From: Octopus bimaculoides
Taxonomy: Eukaryota
Reading direction: 5' to 3'
DNA: 64,000 nt
NCBI RefSeq assembly: GCF_001194135.2
Contig: NC_068986.1
Coordinates: 3,538,505-3,602,504 of the forward strand
In this document: one piece after another, positions 14,051 to 26,303 of the stretch
Position numbering within the stretch: position 1 is the first letter of the stretch
How the letters are laid out: every line of letters begins with the position of its first letter
Notes under the pieces: generated by a model
Seen by the model: the letters and a program-made list of their open reading frames with translations, nothing else
Databases searched by the model: none
What the model was told of the DNA's origin: nothing
Translations under genes and position numbers: made by a program

Positions 14051-14190
14051 CCTGCCAATTCGATACGTCCGCCTGTTGCCGAATAATATCAATATTTCCA
14101 CTTTCAATTCGATTACAAACTGAAATGTCAATTGAGTTTTATAAACTTTAAATTTTAACAGAACGAATATTCTCAACTAGTGCGCGCAAT
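14051..14190 (-). promoter_or_regulatory. Candidate promoter and non-coding first exon of a gene running left out of the window
   Basis: Local CpG enrichment over 13670-14300, a TGCGCGCA motif, and minus-strand donor GGCAG|GTACTC. No ORF identified. Confidence 0.35.
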
Positions 14191-16078
14191 GGTTATTAAT
14201 TTAGAAGTTCATTTTTGTTAGTTCACGAGAACCACAACTACCACCGTGTGACTCAAGAGATAACGTACAAGATTTCTAGGGAAAAAATAACCATTTCTTG
14301 GAGAACAGCAACTTCATGTTTTTTTTAGAAATGAGTTCGGAGGTAAACACCCCTACCCCACTACTCTTTTTTTTTTTTCTCTCAATGGTTTTCGATTTCC
14401 TGGGTTTTGTTTTATCGCCAACAGTAGCCAATGTGGTCGGTCGATTAGCTAGAAACAGTAGCTAACTGTCTTTCGCTAATGCAGTCCAAGATACCCAACA
14501 GTAAGAGGGGAGGGTCACAGCTGGGATACCTCTTAATATGGACCTGTTGATTGAAGTTTATAAGGGATAGAACACAAGTTGGAGCTTAGAAAGATGACAC
14601 TCCCATAAAATATCTCCCCACGTGCTTTGATAATACATGTATTTATTTACCCCAAGAGTCAAAATGGTGAGAGACGATATATATATATATATGTATGTAT
14701 ATAAACATTTAAGAGTGATATATACCAAAAATGATTTGGCAATAAATCATTAAAGAAGAATTAGATCACAAGTACGTTTTAAAACTCTCATAAACACAAC
14801 TCTAAAACAAACAAAAAAAAAACAAAGCTTAGAAACCCTCCGCGGATAATCCTCTACCATAAAACGACCATCTTCAAGAAAAAAAAAAATATATATATAT
14901 GTATGTATATGTGTGTGTGTGTGTGTATGTACACGCACATATGACAGTTTCATTGAAATCAGTTTTGCTGAGTTAACGTTAAGACATTTAGTCGAAAATT
15001 ATCACAAGTTAATTATCCTAAGATAATTCATAACTTATTTTTAATTACCTAATACTGAACAATAATTATGTTAACATCCATAAATCGCAACGTTTATTAT
15101 CAAGTAACAACAAGAGCAAAAATTCTTTTAGCTGAATTCCAAACGCGGTCTTGACGCCAACATATTTATCTAAAGTAAATAAGAAACTTATTGCGTTCTG
15201 GAATTACACTTGGTGGAAAAGACAAAATGAAAAATATGATGAAAGGCGACGGTCTGTGTATGAATGGAAGGCTTTTTCTTTCGTCATTACCCCCAAGTTC
15301 GGCATTACTGAATATTGTCGCATTCAAAAGCGGAACCGTGAAAGCAGCAACGAAAAAGAAGCTTGATTTAAACACAAACATCATATATCATCATTCGTTT
15401 GCACAATGAAACATGTGAATATATATGTGAACTGTCAAATATTTTAATATACTCTCTAGTGTACATGTCCATGCAGGTACATGAGACTGCGATTATTTCA
15501 GAGTATACACCACTCAATATCTATTTACACATTATATAAAAAAATATATATATATTTGCGCGTGAGTGTATACGTGAGTTTGAAGTATAGAGATCCACGT
15601 TGAAAAATATCAATATGATGGTGACATTATTATTCTAGAAATCGAAAATGTAGCTTTCATACAAAATAAAAGAAAAAAAAAATTCAAACCAAACAACAAA
15701 TTTAAATTCAAAGCAATAAAAACGGCATATTTCCTTTATATTTTTTGTATCCAGAAATCAAGCATTTATTAACCCAATCTAGTAGTAATCGAATATATAA
15801 ATATTTTAAAAGAATGAAAGAAAATTGATCGCATAATTTCAACTAGAAAAAAAATAATAATCTAACGAACTCGAAATAAATATTCGAAAATTAAATTATA
15901 TATTTATATTTATGTGTACGTGACTAAGAAATCTGTCAATAGAGATAGTAAATTCTAGATATAAATATATTCTGCTTGCAATTTCTTTCATGTTTTCTGC
16001 TTTGGTTAGGGAAAAATTCTTTACGCTATATTTTCTTCCTCTGTTCTCTTGTCAAATAAACACATGAAATATACTCAC

Positions 16079-16300
16079 CTTCAATTAAAAAATGATAATA
16101 TATAAATATAGGCAAGAAGAAAATGGTTGAGATGAGGAATTAGTCCAACACTCGACGTGCGTCTTCTGTTAAGTGAAACTGAGTGAAAATGACTAAAATC
16201 ACCAATCTCTTTCATTCAAAAGAAAGTGCGAGTAGTCTGCCCTTAAGAGAAACCAGTGTCTATTTATTCGTGTTGCGATGCTAGAGGGCGCCACACAGCA
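16079..16300 (-). promoter_or_regulatory. Candidate non-coding first exon with an adjacent CTCF-like motif
   Basis: Minus-strand donor TTGAAG|GTGAGT; tgCTAGAGGGCGCca at about 16279-16293 resembles the CTCF core. Confidence 0.35.
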
Positions 16301-16701
16301 AAATACTGATTTACGTATGTAAGAGAGGGATAGGGAGAGAGACACTACGTGCGTGTTTGTGTAGGTTACCTGTTTGGTTGAGCAAGGTGTTTATATTGGA
16401 AAGGGAAGTAAACCTACATTTGTTGCACACACACACACATATTTCTTTACTCTTTTACTTGTTTCAGTCATGTGACTGCGGCCATGCTGGAGCACCGCCT
16501 TTAGTCGAGAAATCGACCACAGGACTTATTCTATCGGTCTCTTTTTGCCGAACCGCTAAGTTACGGGGACGTAAACACACCAGCATCGGTTGTCAAGTGA
16601 TTNNNNNNNNNNTATATACATATATACGACGGGCTTCTTTCAGTTTCCGTCTACCAAATCCACTCACAAGGCTTTGGTCGGCCCGAGGCTATAGTAGAAG
16701 G

Positions 16702-16740
<39 letters not shown>

Positions 16741-17204
16741 GCACATATAGAGAGAAGGAAGAGAGAGAGAGAGAGAGAGAGAGATTATGTTATTCGTTCT
16801 TGGAAAGGACTAATCAGAAAATGCTTTTTGGTACTGCCTCTCTTGACACTAGCACCTAACGACAGTCACTATGGAACTGCCAATCATTGCAGCTGCGACG
16901 CCATAACTCGATGTTACAGCTTACCTCGAATTTTACTGCACAAACTTACAGTCGCAAGCCGATTTACAACTTAAACTAGAAGCTAACCCATGCTGCTTTC
17001 TGGAGCTGCTATACTTTTAAAATGAGATACAACTTATACCAATAATATTTATTTATTTTATCAATTCGTTTTGCAAGATCCCTGATGTGAAATCGTGTGT
17101 TGAAACAGATATTTCGGAATGGTCATTTTATTTTCTTTTAACATATATATAGATTTTGCCATATATTTTTTCTTCACTCGTTTATTACTGTTCTTATTTA
17201 TTTA

Positions 17205-17340
17205 ATGTCCATTATCCACAGCGTCAACATCAGCAGAAGTAGCAACTCCAATAGCAGCATTCAAAAATACATCCGGTGTTCCAGAAACACCTTCAAGCAG
17301 CACCTCTCCAACCACAAATCCTCGTTTAGGATCACGGAGT
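17205..17340 (+). pseudogene. Penelope-like GIY-YIG endonuclease fragment
   Basis: Reading QKYIRCSRNTFKQHLSNHKSSFR resembles the PLE motif YIG-T-NTFKQR-xNHKSSF. Confidence 0.55.
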
Positions 17341-17711
17341 GACGTCATGCCACATCTTTGCTAGCCACGTATGGCGCCTGGGCAAATCAATGCACTGGCC
17401 TTATAGTATTTATGTATTTATTGACAGCAAGCCTTAGCATACATAGATTAAAACTGAGTACCTTGACCTGCAGGGCCCCAGAGCAACTACTCAATATGTT
17501 TATGCCTTAAGACAGCGCTGGCCGGATCTGTTCAGTTTGGCACACAGATTTTTTAAATTAATTTCTTGTTTAACTAAACAGTTTGAAACTTCATATACTG
17601 GTGGAATTTCTCATTCAGAACACGGTTTACTTTAAACGTTTTTGATAAAATTTCGTATTTTAGAAGTTATTTCGTGTTAAAGTTGTCGCATTTGGGTAAT
17701 TTTAGCCAATC

Positions 17712-18470
17712 AACGACGTGTATTCTGACATAGCAGAACAAGTTGATGTCAGTCCCAGAACAGCTGTCAGGTATTTCCACAAACTTGATTACTATGGCAG
17801 AGCAGCAAGAAGGAAGCCACTTCTTCGACCAGCCAACATCAAGCGGAGAAAAGATTGGGCCAGTGAGATGGTGGAGAGGCCACAAGCATTTTGGGACACT
17901 GTCATATTCTCTGATGAGTCCAGATTTGCTGTATTTTCTGACAGTGGTCGAGTGTGAGTTTGGAGAATCTGTGATCAATAATTTGATGCGAAGAGATTGC
18001 AGTCAACAATGTAACACGGTGGGTGTTCTGTGATGGTCTGTGGAGCAATTGTCAATCAGAGCTGGTGGAGTGTGAGGGAAACAAAAGACTCAGATAAATA
18101 TGTGTCCATATTGCAGAAAGGACTCTTTCCAAATTTCTCCAGTTGTGAAATGATTAAAGAGGACCCTTTATTTATGGAAGACGGGGCTCCTTGCCACACA
18201 GTTTAAAAGACCTAAGATTGGTTGGAAGAGAAAGACATGGCCAAGCCAGTAACCACATATGAATTCTGTTGAACATCTCTGGGACATAATGGACAGGGTA
18301 CTTCGTAAAAAGAACAAGAAAGCATCTTCAAAGCCAGATCTTTGAGATTACTGCATGAAACTTGGCAAGAAATTCCGCAAGAGAATATTCGTCATCTGAT
18401 CAGGAGAATGCCTAATAGGGTGCTTGCATTGAAAAAGTGGAAAGGGCATGTCTACTAAATATTGGATATT
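17712..18470 (+). pseudogene. Tc1-family transposase pseudogene
   Basis: ARRKPLL, VIFSDESRF, HGGCSVMV, FMEDGAPCH, SPHMNSVEHLW, RMPNRVLAL; stops and frameshifts. Confidence 0.92.
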
Positions 18471-18789
18471 CACATTATAATAATTAACAAATAATTTCAG
18501 ATTTAAATAAATTCTAACGATTATCTATTTCTGTCATATCTGTGTATATATAACAATAACAGCAACAACCATGGCCACTCCTCAACGCTAACACAACTGA
18601 TGAACTCTACAATCAATAGCCTTTCATAGTTCGGCTATCCACTTCCTCGTTTTCTCGGAATACCACGTGATCCATCATCATCGTTGTCATCTTGTTCTAC
18701 TGCTACCACCCTTATCACAACTAAACAATAGCATCGGAAGTCATTCTTCAATACAAGAACAATTGATAACCTAATAAGCTTCACAATCA

Positions 18790-19015
18790 AGAGCCGTTGT
18801 CATGTTGCAAGCCTCTGTTTGTTGCATCAAGCGAGAGAATGTTCAGCAAACTTTGCTGTTTGAAGACCTGACTCCGTCCCACAATAGCGCAACACCGTCT
18901 GACACAGTGCTGTAATGCATGAACATTAAAAGCTTGTACATTGGAAACACTTTGGACATCCTCTTGGAAAACTTCATCGCCAAAACGAGCGAGTATAGAA
19001 ACATTTTTGGAATGA
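18790..19015 (+). pseudogene. hAT transposase C-terminal dimerisation-domain fragment
   Basis: VASSERMFSKL..LKT*LRPTIAQHRLT matches the hAT SxASAERSFSKLxxLKTxLRSTMxQxRL motif; frameshifted tail ENFIAKTSEYRNIFG. Confidence 0.75.
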
Positions 19016-22000
19016 TCTTGAAGCATTACTCTTCCATGTACAATAATAAAAAAAGAAAAATTATTATACCTATATTTGTTTTGATATTAAGACAGAAAAA
19101 TAATCGGCCTTGTTTGTAAAAAACTATCGGATCTGAGTTTGTACCTACTAAGCAAATTTCGTTTCCGGGCCACAGCAGATAGTGGAATGAGAAAAACTGG
19201 AATTCTGAAGAAGAAAAGAATCAGATTTGTTTGACCTAACTGTTGTTCGAAGCACCGGAATACGACAGTAAGAGGATCTAAGATTCCCCACCAAAAAGTA
19301 TCTTCAGAATGTGAGGTACTTAATCCGAAATTCTGCCTATAATAGACAGACAGAAAGACAGACAGATAGATAGATAGATAGATAGATAAAATATAGGTAG
19401 ATAGATAATGAAACAGAGTTGAAGTGAAATATTTTTCTCTATTTATTTTTTTAAAATCAAAGCATGACGAAATCAAATTATCATGACAGCTGTTTTCAAA
19501 AATCTATTTTGTTGAAGTCATTGATCGTGATTATGAAAAAAAAAAATTAGTTGCTAGAAAATTCCTTTCTATTATAGGCACAGGGGCTATAGTAGAAAGG
19601 ATGGGAGAGGAGAATAGTCGATCACATAGACGGTACTTATTGTATCAACCCCAAAAGGATGACAGACAAAGTTGACCTTGGCAGAATTTGAACTCAGAAC
19701 GTAAAGACGGACGAAATGCCGTTAAGCATTTTGCCTAGCGTGCTAACGATTCTGCCAACTCTCCACCTTAAATGATTTCAATTTTTGTAGCCCGTGGCCA
19801 ACAAGTTCGAGGGTGTGGGTAAATCGATTACATCGGCTCCAGTTCAACTGGTACTTTATTTTAGCGACACTGGCGAAATTTGAACTCGGAACATGAAGAC
19901 GGACGAAATTCCACGAAGCGTCTCGCCGGGCGTGCAAACGATTCTGCCAGTTCGCTAGAAAGACAAAAATACTGTGTACCAACAAAAATATGAGATATTA
20001 GTAAATTCTACGAAGTTGAATAAAAAACACGTTACTACGAAATCGCAAATTTCAGAAATTTTGATGAAGATGAGTCGGATGGTTGTAAACGTGTGTAACT
20101 TGATTTCAGGAGTAAATTACACGTATTATATTCAGGGTCGTTTTAAGCCAATTAGATTTGTTCAAATTGGGTCCCGTGCTAAGAGAGGGCCTAGTGCACA
20201 TGCGGAAACGGAGGACGCTATGATGAATTTTTAGTATGTCAAGTCCTGAGCGCTTTTTGGCTGGGATTGACAATTCTCTAATTGGACACCACCGTTTCCA
20301 GCGCCAGCACTGATTATATTACATATAATACATCACACTGCATTCTTGAAATGAAATTACAAGAATAATTACATATAACTTTGTCTTCTATCTTCTGAAT
20401 AAAATTTGACTCTCTTTGGCATGCTGGCATACAAAATACTTTGTTTCTCAAAAGGCAAGAATACTTTTGAGAGAAACACAGGGCTTTCAGCTTTTGGAAA
20501 CGTTTTTATTGGAAATTTACACATATATATATAATCCAAATGATAAGAAGACAAAGGAAATTCTTTAACACATCTTTAATGATTTGTTGCAATTGTTTCT
20601 GTACCAACTCTATTTGTAACACTAGTTTACGCAAAAATTCACGTTGTTCCAGTCCACTCAGATAGCAAAAATGAGTAATCCTGTGATCGACTGGTTTCCC
20701 ATCCAGGTGAGGAATATATACGCCATGGAAACCAGACCTATGAGTCTATATGACTTGGGAAGGAACTCTACTACTACTATTATAATTAAGAGGAAAGTGA
20801 CAAGCTGGCAGAATTCTTAGCTGAAGTCTTTCCAGCTCTTTATGCTCTGAATTAAGATTCTGCCAAAGTCAAACTTGCCTTTCATCCTTTCAGGTTCTTG
20901 TTTAATAAAGTACCAGTCAAGTACTGAGGTCCTCTACTCCAAAAATTGCTGAGCTAGAGCCAAACTTTGAAACAATTATTGCATGGGATTGATTAGCAGA
21001 ATCATTAGGGCATCAGAAAAAATGCCACGTGATATTTGTGCTGGCTCTTTACATTCTGAGTTTAAATTCCAAAGTCAAGGTTACTTTCCATCTTTTTGGG
21101 ACCTATAAACAACTATACAAGATATGCCCTAGTGTAGTGGTACACAACCTTTTTTAGTAGCTCAGAAATCCCTTTCACCATCATACAAATGCCTTCTCCC
21201 TATATTCTAAAAAAAAAGAAAAAATATTCAGCTGTAGTTTATTATATATTTCTTACATTATTCCACCAAATGTGTATCTCTTTTTTAAATATAAGCATGG
21301 ATTAGTATCTTCTATGTTAAACTTTGAGGACTTATATAAAGAAATTTAACAGGTGTGGTAAGAAGTTTGCTTCTCAATCACATGATTCTGGGCCCAGTCC
21401 CACTCCATGGCACCTTGAGTATGTGTATTCTACTATAGCCTTGAGCCAACCAAAACCTTGTGAGCGGATTTGGTAGAAAGAAGCCCATCATATATATATA
21501 TATGTATGTATGTATATATATCTATGAGAGTGTGTGTCTGTTTACATTCCTGTAACTTAACAGTTCGGCAAAAGTTCCTTTGGATCAGGAGTCCCTAGCC
21601 ACCAAGCTGTGGATCATTTGGTACACAGAATAAATTTTCAAATTTATTTCTATTTCGTTGACTATTGCCAAGTGCAGGGTGTTTTTGCATTACATATGTT
21701 TTATATATGAAATAATTAACATATATTGTACACTTTTTTGTTACCTCCAAGTCTGTGGAAAAATTTTCTTGCATAAAACTGGTTCATGGTGCAAACACAG
21801 AAAGAGACTGCTGTCTTTGATGACTTTTTTCTAATAAGGCTCCTTTTGATTTATACTAGTTAATCTATACCTTCTTTTCACTGCTAAAGAAAATGTTCAA
21901 ATTATAAAAAAGCGATCAATGGCAATAGCTTTTATATATGTATTTCTAGAATTATTATCATAATTAAGAGGAATGTGACAATCTGGCAGAATCATTAGCA

Positions 22001-22324
22001 TATTTTAAAAACAACTTGAAAGAATTATCACACTTTATTTTATTTCATACTGTAATTTGTGAGTAACAGCCTCACTGCAATAATGTTCCGTTGATATTTG
22101 TAATGATTGTGCTTTTGAGTTGTGGAGGACAATGCAAGTGGCATTGTCACATGAAAGGATGATGATTTTGAGATCTCTGTACATGGAACCGATGAAGATT
22201 TGGTTTGAGATGTCAAAGTTGTATGTGGAAGGTTAGAGATGGTATCATACGAATAGGAGTGGGCATTGTTGTAGGGGACAAAAACCAGACCCGACCAGAC
22301 TTGACAGAATGTTGGGGGTGAGAG

Positions 22325-22465
22325 AAGTAGCTTGCTTACCAACCACATGGTTCCAGGTTCAGTCCCACTGCATGGCACCTTGGGCAAATGTCTTCTATTA
22401 TAGCCTTGGATCGACCAAAGCCTTGCTAGTGGATTTGGTAGACGGAAACTGAAAGAAGCCTGTCT

Positions 22466-22496
<31 letters not shown>

Positions 22497-22700
22497 ATGT
22501 TTGTGTGTCTGTGTTTGTCCCCCCACCATTGCTTGACAACTGGTGCTGGTGTGTTTATGTTCCTGTAAGTTAGCAATTCAGCAAAGTCACCAATAGAATA
22601 AGTACTAGGCTTACAAAGAATAAGTCCTAGGGTTGATTTGTTTGACTAAAGGTGGTGCTCCAGCATGGCCGCAGTCAAATAACTGAAACAAAAGACAAAA
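22325..22700 (+). mobile_element. SINE family A copy inserted in a LINE remnant
   Basis: Same body and tail as 5451-5832; splits the minus-strand LINE fragments. Confidence 0.85.
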
Positions 22701-23106
22701 AAGATTGGTGTAATCTGATTAGAAGTCACCAGTCCAAGAGACAGGTGTTGCACATAGGTGGGTTGTTTACCAAATTTGCATGTCAGACAACAGTTGAATG
22801 CTTTGCTCACATCAAGAGCAAACACAGTTTTCATTAAATTTCTTGAGGGCAAGAGCCCACTGGTAGCAGAGAAAGGAGAATAAGACCCTAGTAGATCTGG
22901 TTTTATGAAAGCTGTATATGTGGTTACTAAGGAGAAAGGGAGATTTAACATGATGTGCAAGGGTTGTTAAAGGTTGTCACTTTTGAGATGTTAGAATTGT
23001 GATGAAATAACAGCTGGCAACATCAAAAGGGGTTGTTCTTTTTCGACAAAGGACATACTATAAAAGATTTCCAAATATAAGGAGATATATATCTATGATT
23101 GTGTGT

Positions 23107-23107
<1 letters not shown>

Positions 23108-23193
<86 letters not shown>

Positions 23194-23230
23194 GGAGAGA
23201 GAGAAAGAGGGAGAGAGAGAGAGAGAGAGG
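23108..23230. repeat. Compound (TA)n(GA)n microsatellite (representative of many TA, TG, GA, AAT and GAT tracts)
   Basis: Read directly; similar tracts at about 105, 473, 8703, 26095, 28447, 41803, 46400, 51810. Confidence 0.95.
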
Positions 23231-23932
23231 TTAGCTCTGGGATGCATTGTATGAAAATAATGAAAGGGTCATTTTGAGGAGTGATGGCCTTGTTGGTTTG
23301 AAGTAAATGTGTAAGCATGGTGGTGAATTTGTTGGAGTGGGAAAGGACAATTTTGGAGATTCAGTTAGTGAGTGTGTGTGTGCAATGTAGAGATGGATAC
23401 AAAGTAGACAGCAAACATGAAGGCAAAGAAGATTCTGCAAAGTTGGTAGAGATCCTTTTGACAAGAGACCAAAAGGGTCGCCTGGAGTTAGAGATGCAGG
23501 AGAATTTGTAGGCTGTCTGATGCAGAGGCATCCCTTGCAATTTCAAAGCTGGCTTTGAAAGAAATGTTGTGTAACACCTAAACTTATCAGCATTAAGAAG
23601 CCTCAAGGGTGCTGAAAAGTTACTGGCTTTGGGTAACAGAAAATACAGTTGGACCAGTTATGATTTTATTCAACATACTCCCCTCTCATGTTGACACACT
23701 TATTGCTGCAGTCCTTCAGCTTTACTAAGCCCTGTGAAAGAACTCACAAGGTTGGACCTCCAACCATGCCTTTCACGATACCCTTAAAACCAGAAGCTTT
23801 TCAGTACCCCTTCGTATACTTTTAAACATTGCCCCACTTTATAAAATACAGCATCTTTTTTCCATCTCGTAGAATGGATGGTTCTAAAAATTAGGGAACA
23901 TTTATCTGAATACCACTACACCATATGCCCAT

Positions 23933-24190
23933 GAGCATATGGTGTAGTGGTTAAGAGCACGGGCTACTAACCCCCAGATTCCAAGTTCGATTCCAGGCAG
24001 TGACCTGAATGATAATAATAATGATGATGATGATGATTATAACATCGTAAAATACCTTAGGAATGAGAACCCAGGTAAGAAATTTCCCCTAGACACCTGA
24101 TGAAGGCTGATGGGTATGTCAGCCGAAACATCATGTTAACAACAAACAAGATGAGGACAAATATCTGTCAGATGTAAATAATGTATTTAT
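23933..24190 (+). mobile_element. Composite repeat: tRNA-like head, (AAT/GAT)n, then a Penelope-type tail with a minimal hammerhead motif
   Basis: A-box TGGTGTAGTGG, B-box GTTCGATTCC; body ataccttaggaatgagaacccagg shared with 49590-49621 and 55453-55513; hammerhead core at 24092-24137. Confidence 0.8.
24092..24137 (+). ncRNA. Type I minimal hammerhead ribozyme motif (slightly decayed)
   Basis: GACAC-CTGATGA-A-GGCTGA(tgggtatg)TCAGCC-GAAA-CA-TC|ATGTT. Both catalytic boxes and a 6-bp stem II are intact; stems I and III carry CpG-type changes. Confidence 0.7.
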
Positions 24191-25081
24191 ATGAATGTAG
24201 AATATTTGAGAAAATGGATAAAATAACACACTTAAGACATAACTCTGCTGCAAATATTGTGTTGAACCAATTTATAACCAAACTTCTGTTGGCATACACT
24301 GTCCTTGCTTCAAATATTTAAGAAAAAAATACTGATGAATTCAACTTTTTTTTACGGTGATGTTTGGAGCATAAATGAACATGGAATTTCAAAGGAAGGT
24401 TGTTATTTTTTTTAATTTTTAAAATTTAGATAATTTTAAAATGGGACATTTGTAACCGAGAATCTTGTGCAGTCTCAAGCAGGTTGGTAGTGAAAGGGTT
24501 AAACTGATCCTGGAATAATTGAGTTAATGTGAGACACATTGCTGTTTGACTCAATTTCACTAACAGTACCTGATATATCAAGGTTTGTGTAATTAGAAGG
24601 CAGATAGGCGAATGAAAAGCATATGCGACAATTAGTTTGAGAAGTTGGTAGTTTGTCTCTTATGGTGGCCAAGTGACAATTCTCAGTTAGCCAAGACTAC
24701 TTACTAGCAGTAAATAGGCACCATAAAGCCATGCCAATGCTGTAAAAGAGATGACCATTTTATTGATATGTAGTACTGAGTTCAATTCTATCTGTTATAG
24801 ACTGGCATATTAATTAAGAAGTGGTGAGTGGGTGTCTCATTCATTTTAATGTCTAGGAAATAGAGACACTCCTGCCCAGTAGACATCAAAGATCTATGAA
24901 AAAAGTTTCAATACACATGCATTCTCAAATGTTCACTCCTCATTTTTTCATAAAATTAATTTCATGTTTAACGAAGACACAAGTTAGAAAGAATCTAACT
25001 CGTGTTGGTTTGTAATACATTATATTGCCAGGGCACACGTTTCTAACTGGAGGGAATCCCCGCTTTCAATTCCATCTAGAT

Positions 25082-25481
25082 CAGCGTTTCTCAACCAGGG
25101 TTCAGCAAAAGTTTCCTAGAGGTTCCTTAGAAAGATTGAGTAAGCTAATGCTAATTTCACAATCGTAATATTACTATACATACACAACATATTGTTATAT
25201 TGTAATATAGACAGCCAATCTAATCAATTGCCACCAATAACATATAACAACTATCTATCTATCTATATATATGTGTGTGTGCATATAAATATATATATTT
25301 ACCACATGAACTATTTATTTATTTATGTGTTTCAGCCAAGTGGCTGCGGTCATGCTGGTGCACCACCGTGTGAAAGAAATATGAGAAAGATATGGTATAT
25401 AATTTTTTTTGTGCAGGGGTTTCTTGAAACATGTAATTTATTTGAAGGGTTATGCAAGGGTAAAAAGGTTGAGAAACACTG
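25082..25481. mobile_element. hAT-Charlie-type non-autonomous element
   Basis: TIRs CAGCGTTTCTCAACC / GGTTGAGAAACACTG; 8-bp flanks aTCTAGAt / gTCTAGAc fit the NTCTAGAN Charlie target. Confidence 0.85.
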
Positions 25482-26089
25482 GTCTAGACAGATGGTACTG
25501 GATAGTTGGTTTTTGTTTTGAGAATTTACTTGCCTTACTCATGGGTTAGCAAGAGTTCCTTTTAGGCATCTAAATAGAATCTAACTAAAAATGCAGAGAC
25601 CTGGAGTAAATACTATAAGGCATCCAGTCTGACATCTTTATAGTTCTATCAATTCAAGGTCCTGGTTTGGAGTTTTTTTTTCATCAACACCAAAAGGATA
25701 AAACATGAAGTTGCTCTTGTACCAGATGCTTTTTATGTGGTACCAGCACCATGAATGAAAAGAATATTTGCTTTCCATGCTGGCACAACAAAATTCATTC
25801 TTGATTTCAAAATGGATATTGTCAACAGCCAATGAATTCACAAGATTAATATTTATACTAATGTCAAGATGGAGTGTAAATATGCCTTGTGAGAATAACT
25901 AGGTAGTGTTAATATGTCTTGACGTTTTTATTTAGCCACACCTGGTTGTATAGTTAAGAAGTTTGTTTCATAACCACATGGTAGTGTATTCAGTCCCATT
26001 CCATAGCACCTTGTGCAAATGTTTTCTGCTGTAGGTCCAGGCCAACTAATGCTTTGTAACTGAATTTGGTAGACAGAAACTGGAGGAAA

Positions 26090-26138
<49 letters not shown>

Positions 26139-26303
26139 TTGCCTTAAATTATGTTACAAAAGTCTTAATTCGCTAGGGAACAGATATGGAGAGCTACAAT
26201 TTGCAGTGGTATTAGAGATTTTAAGCTTGACAGAGAAATAAAAATAAAATTTCATAAAACTGAGATTAATATCTATAGCGTGGTGAGAGTTTCTCATCCC
26301 TTC

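Larger units (their letters stand above)
22030..23640 (-). mobile_element. Fragmented CR1/Jockey-like LINE, interrupted by a SINE and (TA)n(GA)n
   Basis: SRRPFWSLVKRIST (pre-RT) and VFALDVSKAF (RT motif), with a degenerate C-terminus at 22030-22320. Confidence 0.7.

Noticed and set aside
15151-15409. Three overlapping 71-72 aa ORFs
   Set aside because: No recognisable motif or splice support on either strand.
16357-16974. 205-aa ORF and similar SINE-spanning ORFs (11245, 22040, 26921, 54323)
   Set aside because: They read through SINE bodies, microsatellites or Ns, and the same peptides recur with the repeat.
20220-20252. Canonical C/D-box snoRNA
   Set aside because: Only 19 nt lie between boxes C and D, leaving no room for C'/D' and guides; kept only as a low-interest structured island.
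23023-23318. ORFs with YIYI, ERER, SLSL or CVCV runs (also 28294, 46196, 51526-52051)
   Set aside because: These are translations of microsatellites.
23933-24005. Functional tRNA gene
   Set aside because: A and B boxes are present, but no complete acceptor stem or cloverleaf can be drawn and there is no terminator; it is treated as a SINE head, as are the other SINE heads.
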